Shown here piece after piece: positions 40,324-53,835 of a DNA stretch of 64,000 bases; positions within the stretch are counted from its first letter, which is position 1, and the number at the start of each line of letters is the position of its first letter. The translations under genes and the position numbers were made by a program. Under the pieces are notes generated by a model. It ran no database searches. It saw only the letters and a program-made list of their open reading frames with translations, and had not been told where the DNA came from. The stretch lies in NCBI RefSeq assembly GCF_009914755.1, contig NC_060925.1. One strand, written 5' to 3'. Source of the stretch: the human T2T-CHM13v2.0 reference genome, Homo sapiens.

Positions 40324-43300
40324 GTTAAATTTTAAACTTGTATGCTCCTTCCAAGTGCTCGTTCCTCTAAGTCATTCCTTTCCACAGTGGGCAGTACCCA
40401 CAACTAAGCAAGTCACTGTTCTTCTCTCAGCACCTATTAGTCCACTGTAGTTCCTAACAGTTATCTATATTTAATGAGAACCTACTATATGCCAGATATT
40501 TTTCCATATTATCCTGCTAAATAACACAGTGGGCAATTACTATCTCCATGCTATAGATGAGCACCTGGAACTCAGAGATGTGAAGTAATCTCCCCAAAGC
40601 CACACAGCTTCTAAGTAGCACAGTCACAATTTTAACCCAGACTATGTAACTTCAAAGCCTGTCCTCTTTCAGCTCTCTAAAATTTCCTCTTCAGTAGTTA
40701 AGGAAATGATCTAGAAGTCATCTAACCAAACTCTCCCATAGTGCAGGGTTCCATCCTAAAATACCCCTGACCTGCTTGCCACCTTTAGTGACAGGGAGCT
40801 CAGCACCATGCTAGAAGCCCTTTCCATTATTTGTCTGCTCTCTCTGCTGTTATATTGCTCCCACCAATGCCTGTGAATTCCATTCTCTGACCCCAACTCT
40901 GCTTTCAAGAGCAAGGCTGATCCTTCCTCTGTGGTGCAAAACTGAGAAAATGAAAATTACCAAAATATCATCCCATTCAAATCTTTTCTTTTCCTGCTTA
41001 TGTATTTAGCTGTCCTATCCTATGTCTGACCAATGAGTGAAAAGGAAAAGGTAGCTGCTATATAGTTAAAAGAAACCCAAACAAGCCTAGTTCTAGGATC
41101 CAAAGACCTCTCTTCTCATTTGGTTTCCAGGACACCTATCTCTGCTGGTTATCCCCTGATTCTAAGTCCATCTGTTAGACTAGGAAGGCTGTTTCTCCCC
41201 AGTCACTTTTTTTTCAGGCTCTTCTTTAACTGTGCCTTTAAAAGCCGATGTTCTGCCCTTGCACGCTTCTCTCACTCTGCACTCTCTCCCACTGTAACTT
41301 CAAACCTTCCTTAGTTCATGACTTCCAGATTGAGATCTTTGACTTGGAATGCTCTTCTGAACCTCAGACCACATGCCTACTTGCTCTCCTGACATATCCA
41401 CCCAGATGTTCCATGGGCCCTTAAGATTCGACAGGTCTCAAGCTACTCATCATTTTCCCTTTCAACCAGCTACACTTCCAGGGTTCTCCTCGAGACAGGG
41501 AGGCCCAGATCACCACATCATCATCATACACATTATTACAACCAGTCAGTTACTAAGTCCCATGAATTAGTCCCTCCTTCCTTAAAATATCTCAGGTCCA
41601 CCATGACCACCACCACCTTAGTTTAGGTCTCAGAATTTTGGACTGAACTGACTCATATTTATCCACAAGTCCAGTCCATGTGGGAAGACTTAGCCCACTG
41701 CCTGGCACCTACAGTGTTCACTAAACAACTGTTTGAATGGCTCTCTTTTCTTGGGTAAAACAAAAATCTCTATCTCACAAGGATGTAGAATATGTGCACT
41801 GAACCTGGAACCAGGTGAGTATTTATAACATATTTGGTAGGGAAACACAGTGCTTATTCCTCTTCCTGCATTTCCCTGGAGTATAAGACTGACCACCTAG
41901 TATAACTCAATACTTGTGGAACTTAAATCAACCAGAGAAAATGTCTCCAGATTACGAATGTTCTTCTGGTAGAAAGAGTACACACAACTTCTGTCCCTAA
42001 GGAGCTTATAAGACAAAGCAGGTAGGCACACTAGAAAGAGAATTGGTCTTGGTGTCAAAGACCCCAATCTGAATTCTGCTTTCTGGATGTGCTTTTAAAA
42101 ATAAAAACTGGTGTGCTCTTGAACAGCAAAACACCACATAAAAAGCAACTTGCCTGGGACAATTTTTTATTTCTGCTTATGAACCAGAACTCTGAAGCAC
42201 TCTGTAGCACATACTATTTAGCTGTAAAAATTGGTGGTTGTTGAACATGAGAAATCACATTAGACTGAACCCTCAATGGTTAACATCCCAGTAGAATCCG
42301 CAACAGATGACAGCAGGCAATTTCCAATCTTTGCTCCAATGTATATCAGCAAAACATGTCAAAACCTAAATTAAAAGTTTTCACTCACTTTTTTCAAGAA
42401 AATAAATCCTTTTGTTGGCAGTTTCCCACTGATGACACGCAACAATCTTTGCATATGAAATCGGCTAGTCCTCTGCTTCACTGCTAACTTTGTAGAAGTT
42501 CCAAAGCATTTCTGGAGCAAATGATCTATTTGGACTAACAATGCCAAGCTGGGACCTGAGCCCTGAATGAGCTAAAATTACCAAAGCAATAAGAACATGG
42601 CTTTGGAAGCTATTTCCCCCAAGTGTGGGGTTTCTTCTAGCTAGTTGAGGGAGTGATAAAGAATGTTGACTTTTTCCAGATGAACAAAGTTGAATGAAAA
42701 CTTAAAATCCTACGGCAGGTTTCTGTTCTGAAAAACAAGCTGCTGCTGCAGAGGTTCCTATCTCCCCTATTTCCCTCTCCTCAAGCACAAAAATGCACCT
42801 GTCTTCCCAAAGTTGATGAGTTCAACATGGGCACACCAGTGCAGACTATATGCTGGGCACTGAGGATGCAGGCACAAGGAAGCCAGGCCCCTGTCCTAGA
42901 GGAGTTCCCTGTCAGGCAGGAAGAGAGGCACATTCATGACTAATAAAAACAAGACATAAAATGCTACAATCCATAAGCAAGGCAAAACCAAAGTGAAAAG
43001 AGAGTTCTGAGGAGGGAGAGAGTCTCTCTTGGGCGCAGAGGGAGGAATAGGGAATACCACTGAAGCAAGGTCTCCAAATGTACTTTGTCCACTCCTTTAT
43101 CACAGGTGGAGGGGGGCTGGACCACAAACTTCTGTCACATGTCTACCTTCCCCACCTGTAGGTGAGCTCCTTGCAGGCAGAGGCCCCATATCAGACAATG
43201 ATTAATCCACCCTGGCTGGCTCAAAGGAGTGCGAGAGAGTGTGTTCACAGAAGAGTAAAAAATACCATAGGTCTCAGGGAAAGGGGAAGAGAGAGTGAGG

Positions 43301-46300
43301 CTGGAGAAGTAAGGTGGGGCTGGGATAGAGCTGGTCTAAGGAGGGCTATGAATGCCAGGCTAAGAAACTAAAACTTTTTTCAGTAGGCAATAGGGAGCTA
43401 CAGAAGGTTCTAATGAGAGCAGTCAACTAAGACTGTGTTTTAGAAGATTATTCTAAAAGCAATTGGGAAAATAGATCAGAGACATGGTAATCAATTAGAA
43501 GACTGCTTCAATAGTTTAGATAAGAGCTGATGCTGACCTGAATGCAGGCAGTGATGGTGGAGCTGGAAAAGAAAAACTTAAAAGATAAACTGCAAAGCCC
43601 ACCTTGAATTGGTCCATTCTCTGTGTTTCCCCAGTGCCTGGCTTCTACCTTTATTTAGCACTTACTTTGAGGCCCCCAAATTACACACTCCCTGAGGATG
43701 ATACCCATTTCTTTTCCATCACTCCCTCCCCCACAGAAATCCTACATAGCAGGACATGAAAAGTCAACGCCTGCCACCCCTGGGTCGTGCTGTCATTTCA
43801 ATCACAGTACCTGAGATGCATAGGTGCATTGGTATATTCACTTAATACAGCACTGGGCCTGGCATACAGAAAGCAGTAAGGAGACATCTGAAACAAAAAA
43901 ATTCAGCACACTCAAACAACAGTAACAGAGCACAGGTGCCTAGATAGAACAACTTAAAATTTTAGGGCTCTAGGCACAGAGAAACCAGTTTGAGCCTCCT
44001 AAAAAAAAAATAAAATTCAACACTATGAGCCCCAGTAGCAGGCTGGATTGCAGTTAGATGATGGTGAGCTCTCCAAATGAGTAGTTCTCACTTTCACAAC
44101 CTGCTTGGCAAATAAATGAGAGTAAAGAGAGAACAGAGGTCAAAGGTGAGTCAAACTTTGAGTTATGTGGACCCTCCAAGAGGGACAGCCTTAGTGAAGA
44201 TTTATTCAAGCAAATGCCAACTGAAGAGATAGGCGGGTGGGGGACAGCTGTGTGTGCTCTGTAAGAGGGAGGATGGTAATGGAGAAAGAGCAGAATGGGC
44301 TTGAAAACTCAGAAACTAAAATTATACTCTGGCTTGAAAACTTGCCTTGAGCTGTAAGCTTCATGGACAGTTTTTCCATTTCCTTTCACTCCTTCCAAAT
44401 CATGCTGTGTAGCTGATGGGAACATCGGCTACTTTACAAAGGAGACTGCCAAGTGGGGGCCTGGCACTGGAAGACCTGTGTTCCAATTCCAGCCTTGCCA
44501 TTTATTAGCTGTGTGGCTGTAGGCAAGTCTCTGAGCTTCGGTGTCCTCATCTATGAAATGGAAATACTAACCACAGCAATACCTACCAAAATGTCACTTA
44601 GAGGACTAACAGAGATAATGTGTAGGCATATAGCAAGACTATCAGGAAAGAAGGAGTTTTGTTTTTCCTTGAACTGGGATTGTAATTTGATAAGTAGTGG
44701 TATAAACCACCTACTATGGGCAGTAAAATGTAAAGTCCCACAGCAGTCGGCTTTGACATTTCCTGAGTATAAAAAGAAGTATACTTCAAGACAGCTCTGG
44801 GCTGGCTTGGGCCAACACTCAGTATAGCAACATACTTCTCACCAAAAGCCAGAAAGCTGTGCTGAAACTACCTTGGAAACCATTCTATTTGTGTCAGAGA
44901 GATTAATTAATCAATTAATAGCTAATCCACAAACATAAAGCCACCTCTGCTTCCCACTTGAGGGGATTCCTCCTCACACCTGGTGCCATAGCACAGTGGT
45001 ATTTACATATAGGAGATGCCAGATGAGCTCTCTGAAGTCACTGTAATCAATTCTCAGAGCCACCAAGTTTAAGTCAGGAAGGGGTTTGAAGATACATAGG
45101 AGTTATTCCAGGGTAATGAATTCCCGAACTCACCCTGGCCCTTCGATCAGGTCTCTATGCAGGGCAGTGGGTACCCAGGAGATCAAAATTCAAAATGTGG
45201 TTTGGCCAACTTCAAGTTGTTGTCTTTTTTTCCCCTTTCTCCTCCCAAGAAAAAAACTGAAGAGAGGTAAGGGGAAGTGTTTTTCAACTAATTCAAACTG
45301 GCACACTTCTTTGAACCTACTCTGCCAGTTTCCAAATGATGCTTGGGTTTTTTAAATAACCATACAGATTTATCAACATTCTAACTTGGAGGATGAACAG
45401 TCTACAGGTTCAAAATTCATGGTTCTCAAACCAACAGCTACATGTATCTTGCTTCTGAGGACTTGTGTCGATTTCAAAATCAGAGCTGGTGGGAGCTGCC
45501 ATCTGCCTAAGTGGCCTCTCTGCAGTGCCTGAAGAGTCAAGCACAGTGTATATGTATGTTTGCTGAATGAATGAGTAGATGAATGAAACAATCTCCAAGA
45601 GAGGAAAACAGCCATTACACACTAAGAAACTTATCACTGACTCTCTTTAACACATCACTTCTACTCTCCTAGGACCCTTCCAGATCTAGGAGTACAATAC
45701 AATCGTCAAGAAGCATGCATGCATTTTCTTCTAGCAAAAGGGAAGCTAAGGTTACAACCTAGTTATAACTTCCTCAAGCCTATCGTCTTGGGAAATAAAT
45801 TCCTAATCCTTTCCCTCAGGTAATTAAAGGCAAGTAAGCAAACAAAATAAAACCTAATCAGCTATGAATGGTTCCCTTTTCTAAAATCTGCTTCCCCTCC
45901 CTCAGTTTCTTTGGCCCTAGGTGTCTGGCAGTGGGTGGGCCTACACTTCGGTGTGCCAGGGCTTATCAGGGAGGTGGTATGGATAGAGCCTGTCAAAAAG
46001 GGTCCAAGTGCTGCTGGTCAGTTTCCAGTTCTTCCGCTCTTCAACTTCTGCAAACCGATTTTTCAGAGGCAACATGAGTTGTGAGACTGAGCTAACTTGC
46101 CATGAGACCCTGGGCAAGTCTCTATGGGTTGAGAGAATGTTGGGTTCATCTTTTAGGCTAAATGTGAGGAAGCAAAGGAACTTGAAAAAAATAGAGAAGG
46201 TCTCAAAATTACAAAACATCTTCATTCAGTCACTAACCCTTCGTGTTCTTTCTGGTAGAAGGCAGGAACACTATTTGCCCACTTTAAGGTTCATTCTCCT

Positions 46301-47119
46301 TACCAGCAGGAGCTAAAAAGGCTGCTCCCCAAAACGGAGATGATACTTCCCCCTTCCTTGCTTGTCTAGACTCAAACTTTCTGGAACTAGCTGGGAAAGA
46401 GGGCCAGCTGTCTTCTCTTTACAAAGGAAAAGGTGTCTCAGCATGGCAGGAAGAACTGGAGCATAGGAGGATAAAGGGCTGGTTTCTTTCCCTATCACCA
46501 ACTGAACCTCAGTACCCTCATCTACGAAATGGAGATGAGACTAGCTGCCTTAGCCCATCTCTCAGGGCCCTGGCAGGGCAGGGATGAGAGGTCCAGTGTT
46601 ATTCTGACCCAGAAACTCTCTCCTGGCCCTCAACTCTCTCATTCAGGGAGCCTTCTGGGAGATTCAGAAAGGGGTGTGGAGGCTGAGGGATGCCTTAGGG
46701 CCTCTACCTCCTTACCTCTGCCACCTGGCCAGGGAGGGGCAGGAGAGTGTGGTGTGGAGCCCAGTGCACTGAGGTTCATGGCCTCCTCATCCTGTCCAAT
46801 GTTGGCCCGGATGGGACAAGGATGTCATAGCTTCCCTCTGTGAGGAGGGACTCCCACCTAGAAGATCTGACAATATCCTTCTTGCTCCTCACTCCAAGGA
46901 GGTACCAACAGCCTTTAAAGGGAGAGAGACAGACAGCTTGAGAAACTTAATTCTTGACAGAAAAGAACAGAGGGAAGGAACTGGGAGAGAGGTAAAGAGA
47001 AGGTGAGAGAGAAATGACGGTACAAACAGGTAGGGAGAAAAATGGAAAGTGAAGGAACGAAGAAAACACAAAGAATCAGAAAGAGGAGGACAGACACAGA
47101 TGAAGAGATGAAGACGGAC

Positions 47120-47900
47120 TGACAGCGCGGGAGCTTCGGGGAAGCGGGGAAGACAAAGGGGACCATCCGGTCTTTTTAACTGGCCTGGCCTCTTAGAGAC
47201 ACCCCGTTCCCAAATGAAATGCCCAGAGGACGGGAGAAGGAGGCAGGAAGGAGCAAGCAGTGGCTCCCCCCGGTCCCCTCCGCCCGGGCCCCCGGCCCCT
47301 CCCGGGGTCCCAGCCCCCGCCCGGGTCCCACCGTCCCTCCCCGCCCGCTTGCTCACCTGCCAGCGCCAGGATCTGGGCCTTGTGGAGCAACAGCGCGCCC
47401 CAGTCGCGGGGGGCGCGCGGGGGGCTCTCGGGCCCGGCGCCCAATTCCTCCGGGCCCCGGTACACGGCGTACACCTTCTGGTTGTCAAAATCCAGCCGCG
47501 AGCGGGGGCTGAAGTCGCGCACGCACGACACGGGCAGCGCGTAGCAGACGTTGTCCTCCAGGAACCGCACAAAGGCGTACATGGTGGGCGCCGGGGGCGG
47601 GCCCCGGTCGGGCAGCTCAGCCCGCGGGGCGGGCGCGGAGGTGGGGATCCGGCGGGGGGCGCGAGTCTCGCTACGGTGCTGGGGGGGGCGGGGGCGGCTC
47701 CCCAGGACCCAGGCTCCCCCCACTGTTATTGTTCCTGAAAGCACCGTTCTGCCAATCGGCTGCTTTCGCCTGGGCGCGGAAAAGGGAGGGAGGGGGGGAA
47801 AGGGGGACGAGGGGCGGATGAGGGGGGTTTGGAAGCGCACTGCCACTTGCAAAGTCAGACCCGAGCAATCACAGCCGGAGCGCGATTCGAATGGGGAGGG
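47120..47900. promoter_or_regulatory. BEND5: CpG island / TATA-less BEND5 promoter and 5' UTR
   Basis: Very high GC and CpG density against a CpG-depleted background. Several GC boxes (GGGCGG) and CCAAT at 47752-47756. No TATA box seen. Edges approximate. Confidence 0.9.
47357..47582 (-). CDS. BEND5: BEND5 coding exon 1 (aa 1-75, MYAFVRFLEDNVCYALP...HKAQILALA; 226 nt, ends phase 1)
   Basis: ATG at 47582 in a good Kozak context (CGCCCACC ATG T). Translation matches the BEND5 N-terminus as I recall it. Donor GCAG|GTGAGC at 47357/47356. Lies in a CpG island. Confidence 0.96.
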
Positions 47901-48886
47901 AAAAGGGTTCAGAGATTCAGTTGCAATAAAAATAATAACAAGAGCATTGCAGGAAAAAAATGCATTGATTAAAAGGTGCGCTGCGTGCAGGATTATATTG
48001 CTTCAACAATCGCGCTGCCAAATTGCATTGCAACAAAACTGCATCGCCAAGTAGAGAAGTGTATGAGTGAGTGAATGCGGGATAGGGGTGGGGGCAATCT
48101 TGATTGAATCTCAAAGTGTAAACTTGGAAGCCAGCAGAAGTTTGGAGTGTTTTAAATGTAGCCACCCTACCCGCGCCCCCAGCCCCGCACCCTCCCCGCG
48201 CCTTTCCCAGCCCTTAGTTTGGCCCCGCCTTTTCTTTGCTTTCTTTCTTTTTGTTTGTTTGTTTGTTTGTTTTGTTCTGCAAAACTGCCAGCTCCCTCTG
48301 TGGAAAGGGTCAGTCAGACAGAAAATTTCCCCTAGAGCTGCCAAACCAGTTCTGACCAGAACTGGGGCTTATCTGAGATTTCCAGTTGTGCCAGCTGGCT
48401 GGGGAGGTGGAAGGTTTGTCAAGGGCTGCTCTCATCTGAGGGAGCAGTGGCGCCCCTCTCCTCTATAGTCTTTCTCCATTGAGATACCCTCTCCACAGCA
48501 CGCCCACCACTGAGCAGGGACAACTTGGAATCGCGGAGGGAGTTGAGGAGCGCTCTGGGTAACACAGGCCCAAGGCTAGGGATTTCTGGAGCACTTTGAA
48601 GAGTACAGGAATAGTACTCCATGGAATAGCGGTCTTTGCTCTGTCTCTTGCCAAAGAGAGCCTGGAGGGGCTTGGGTCCCCTCCAAGACAAGCCGTGAGG
48701 ACCAGCCAAAGGGGGCTGATTGGGCTCTGTACTCATAGGAACCCTATCCCACATCAGAGGAGGTCAGTACCTTCACAGGGATGCCTCGTATCAAATATGG
48801 CTAGTTATATTTCTGTTGCCTAGCCAGACCTGGCACTTGACAGGGAGTTAATGAATTTTGGGTAAAGAAGAATAAATAAAAACCCA

Positions 48887-48950
48887 CATCCATCCATCCA
48901 TCCATCCATCCATCCATCCATCCATCCATCCATCCAACCATCCATCCATC
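48887..48950 (+). repeat. (CATC)16 tetranucleotide repeat with one variant unit, at an L2 tail
   Basis: Direct reading; followed by TTCATTCATTC...ATTCACTGAG (L2 end in antisense). Confidence 0.93.
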
Positions 48951-50460
48951 TGTTCATTCATTCCTTTATTCAAGCAACCAATATTCACTGAGTTTACACC
49001 ACCTGCCAGATTCTGGGCCAGGTGCTGGTGATAGAAATGAAAAGATAAACACCTGGATTCTTGGGCCTTGCAAAGTCAGTGTACCAGAACTTGAATCTCA
49101 GTTTTGGGTTCCTGTGCCAAAATTAGGTAACTGTATGAATAACATACCTTTCCCATCCTCACAACCTTTACAATCTAGTCTAGGAGTATTAAAGAAGTAT
49201 AAGCAAGTAATGACAGTATAATGAGAAAAGTATTGTCATAGAGGAATGCTTAATGGAGGTGTTGGACTCAATTAAATGTTATATTTTTAAAAATTCATCT
49301 TAATAAACTTTAGCTGTAAGAAAAAAACAGAATAAGTGCACCAAAATGTTAATAGTGATTTTTTTAGCTTCTTAGTAGTGGTAGATGATTTTGTTTTTCC
49401 TTGTATTCATTGTATGTGTGTGTGTGTATGTAACTATTTTCCACAATGTTTTATTACTTTATCATCAGAAAACATCAAACATTATAAAATCAAAGCACTG
49501 TGCTCATATTTCACATCAGCTGCACTGACAATGAGGCAGATATTTATTTCACTGTGAAATAGACAGTGCGTTATATAAGTGAATCCCATCAACATATAGC
49601 TCTCATATCCAAATGTGTAGGTCAGTACAAATTTTTTTAAACCAACCCACTGGTTATGTGGTACAGCCAAAAATGACCACCACTTGTCCTGATGCAGCTG
49701 TTGGTCTTATCTTGCCCCACAAGCTTGTGGAAAAAAAAGGAGCCACTCTGAGTTGTTCCAGCACATTTACTGTCATGATTATGATTTCTTTGGACTGATC
49801 CTCAGTGAGTTTTTATTTTAAGAATACATTCCTATGGTGGTCAAGGGGAAGTAATGTGCAGCAAGACTTCTGATAATTCACAAGATGGATCATGCAGAGT
49901 TGGCCGTATTTAACAAAAGTCCTTGAAGCTCCGGACTATGTTCCCAAAATGATTTCAAGTAGCCAATGGCCAACCTCCTCTCTGCATCTAAATGGGGGTG
50001 ACCACAAAACATTACCAATCTCATCTCTTACTACCTTCCCAGACACAGTACACTCCAGACACCTAAACTATTTGACATTTCCAAAGATAGCATGTTTTAG
50101 CAGGTCCCAAGCTTTTGTGCTTTTTCTGCCTTCATCCTGGGAAGTTCTTCCTTCCTCAACTTACCCTGAAAATCAGCTCAAATGTCATTGCCTTTGTGAA
50201 GCCTTTCCCAACCACCCACACTTTTCAAGGATAGCCTATCTCTTTCTACTACAATATTTTGTCCCAGCACTTTTTATCTTCCCTCACAAGAATAAGAGCT
50301 CTTTGAGGGGAGGCAAAGGCTGAGTAACTTTAGCATCCCAGGTACCTAGCACAGGGCTGGGGAGTAAATGTTTATAAAACAAATGTATTAAAGAAGGACA
50401 TAAAGAGAGCATGAATAACAAACCTCTTGCACATTTTTTCTTGAAAGTCTGTTCCTCTCT

Positions 50461-51023
<563 letters not shown>

Positions 51024-51703
51024 AGGACACAAACAAATGAAAAAACATTCCATGCTCGTGGATAGGAAGAATCAATATTGTGAAAATGGTCATATTGCCC
51101 AAAGTAATTTATAGATTCAATGCTATCCCCATCAAGCTACCATTAACTTTCTTCACGGAATTAGAAAAAACTACTTTAAATTTCATATGGAACCAAAAAA
51201 GAGCCCATGTAGCCAACACAATCCTAAGCAAAAAGAACAAAACTGAGGCATCATGCTACCTGACTTCAAACCATACTAGAAGGCTACAGTAGCCAAAACA
51301 GCATAGTACTGGTACCAAAACAGGTATATAGACCAATGGAACAGAACAGAGGCCTCAGAAATAATGCCACACATCTACAACCATCTGATGTTTGACAAAC
51401 CTGACAAAAACAAGCATTGGGGAAAGGATTCCCTGTTTAATAAATAGTGTTAGGAAAACTAGCTAGCCATATGCACAAAACTAAAACTGGACCCCCTCCT
51501 TACACCTTATACAAAAATTAACTCAAGATGGATTGAACACTTAAATGTAAGACCTAAAACCATAAAAACTCTAGAAGAAAACCTAGGTAATACCATTCAG
51601 GACATAGGCATGGGCAAAGACTTCATGACTAAAACACTAAAAGCAATGGCGACAAAAGCCAAAATTGACAAATGGGATCTAATTAAACTAAAGAGCTTCT
51701 GCA
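51024..51703 (+). mobile_element. Inverted L1 ORF2 segment (5' inversion of the same insertion)
   Basis: Translates to ORF2p-like [41 protein letters not shown]; disrupted by frameshift/stops; opposite orientation to the adjoining 3' UTR. Confidence 0.92.
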
Positions 51704-53349
51704 TAGTCTGTTCCCCTTTTTAAGGGTTGATGCTGAATCCCAACTCTGCCTTTCCCATTCCCAGTGATCGAAGGGCAGAAGAACATTGATTCTACCACTT
51801 GTAAGACAGACACATTCATTAACATATTAAATATCACTGCACCCTGGGGTTCAAATTCCCTACCCATGTCACTGTAAATCATTCCTATAAGGAGGCAGTT
51901 CCATTTTCCGATAACCCAGAAAGAGGAAAAGAACAGACGATGGACCCGGATGCTGACAGAGTAAACACAGATCAAAACACATGTTTCATAGATCCACAGA
52001 ATCGATTCTGGAGTAGTCATGACTGGCACGGGATGCTTAAAGAGATACCCTTGGACGGCACCAGAAAGACGTCAGTTCCTGCTTCCTGTGTGACTCACAC
52101 ATTCAGTCTATGGATACAGCTTAATGGAAAACCTACTATGTGCCATAGGGCGCCTCTTCCACCCTACTGAAAACTGAGCAACAGTACTTTGACCTGGAGA
52201 CCATAGCCCTGGGCTTTACACATACCAGATACTCAAGATATTGATGATTCATTGACTGGTGAGCAAAGATAGTTTAAATACAGATTTCAGACTTAAAGAG
52301 GCAACTGCAAACTTCAAGTTTAACCAAATCATTGTTGAATCCCCTCTTCAATATTTCTGCCAAATGGGCATCTAGAACACCTTTTATACAGTTCTAATGC
52401 CAGGAAGCTTACTAGCTCCCCTTAACTTTTATACATTACCAAGTGTTAGAAAGGTCTTTTTTACTTGCACTGAGGTAGAATCTTTAACCTTATAGCAGCC
52501 ATACTAGGTTCACCAAGACTCTCACGCCTGCCCTTCAGACATGGTGAAACTTGGAATCCTGTCTCCCAGCTCTTTGTCTTCTGCCCAAACATCTTCATTT
52601 CCTTCACCTGTCTCTCCTCATATGACCTGGTTTCAGTGATGATAATTGTAATACCTATTTTTTCTCTAAAGCTTATAAATCATGCATGCCAGGCGCTGTG
52701 TATACATGATCTCAATTACTTCACACCAAATTCTTCAGGTGGGTGTTATTAAACACATGATAGAGTTGAGAACATGGAGAACTATGGCAAAGCAGTTTGG
52801 CTCTGGGGAGCCCTGGAAGGCTTGTGGTTATATTTCAATTTTAGACAGTTTGCTCTAGAAACATTGTGGGGAAGGATTGGAGGGGACGCAAGTCTGGGGA
52901 GACAGAGGCCTGCGAAGACGCTGACTGTCCTGTCTCACCCCTCCCCCGACTCTCTTTTTCTGTGGGCCAAATGTGCTTTGCCTTTCATCCAAGTCATTTT
53001 AATGGAGCAGAAAATGTACACATCTGGGGCAGCTTTGCAACTGCATCTCCACTCCACTCTCCTGTTGAGTTTTGCAGAGCCTTGGGTTAATGTCAGGCTC
53101 CTTTGGTTTAGCCAGCTGAAGCATGTTCAGTGGCAGCAGTGGGACTTATGTTTCATATTACTACATGGAATTCTCAATGTAGTTTGCAAAACTATTTTTA
53201 AGGAGACCTGGGTTTTGTAAATTTTTAAAGCAATTGGAGCGTGCCTTTTCAACCTCTCTGCTAATGATTGACCACATTTTTTCATGATTTTGCCTTTTTT
53301 CCCTGTGATGTTTGATTAGACTTTTCAAGTCTCTGCTTTTTACATTTTT

Positions 53350-53835
53350 GAAAGACTTTTTAAATAGTAGTTTTAGGTTCATAGTAAAATTAAGAGGCAA
53401 GTACAGAAATTGCCTTCATACCTCCTATCACCCACACAGGTATAGCCTCCTTAATACCAACATCCCCCACCAGAGTGGTATATCTGTTGCAACTGATGAA
53501 CCTACATTGACACATCATCATCACCCAAAGTCCACAGTTTACATTTGAGTTCACTCTTGGTGTACGTTCTATGACTTTGGACAAAAATATAATGGCATGT
53601 ATCCACCATTATGGTATCATACAGACTAACTTCACTGTCTTAAAAATCCTCTGTGTTCCACCTATTTAGCCCACCTCAGCAGCCCCAACCCTTGCAACCA
53701 CTGATCTTTTTACTGTCTCCATAGTTTTGCCTTTTCCAGAATGTCATATAGTTGGAATCATACACTATGTAGCCTTCTCAGATTGGCTTCTTTTACTTAA
53801 TAATATGCATTTAAGATTTTTCCATGTTGTCTTAT
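53350..53835 (-). mobile_element. Old L1M (L1MB/L1MC-like) 3' end
   Basis: GTTTTAGGTTCATAGTAAAATT...GAACCTACATTGACACATCATCATCACCCAAAGTCC...TTTTCCAGAATGTCATATAGTTGGAATCATAC. Confidence 0.85.

Noticed and set aside
47583-47852. 90-codon in-frame open stretch upstream of the BEND5 ATG (ORF 47193..47852)
   Set aside because: Begins at TTG, probably upstream of the TSS. GC-rich DNA lacks stops by chance, and the real ATG has a good Kozak context.
46889-48054. Several long overlapping ORFs across the CpG island on both strands
   Set aside because: Low-complexity Pro/Gly/Arg/Ala products of GC-rich sequence; alternative or antisense frames of exon 1.
48443-48465. CTCF-like GGGGCGCCACTGC motif upstream of the promoter
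   Set aside because: Lacks the conserved 5' CC of the core motif; too weak to call from sequence alone.
51080-51292. ORF with L1 ORF2p similarity
   Set aside because: Short, disrupted L1 fragment; not a functional gene.
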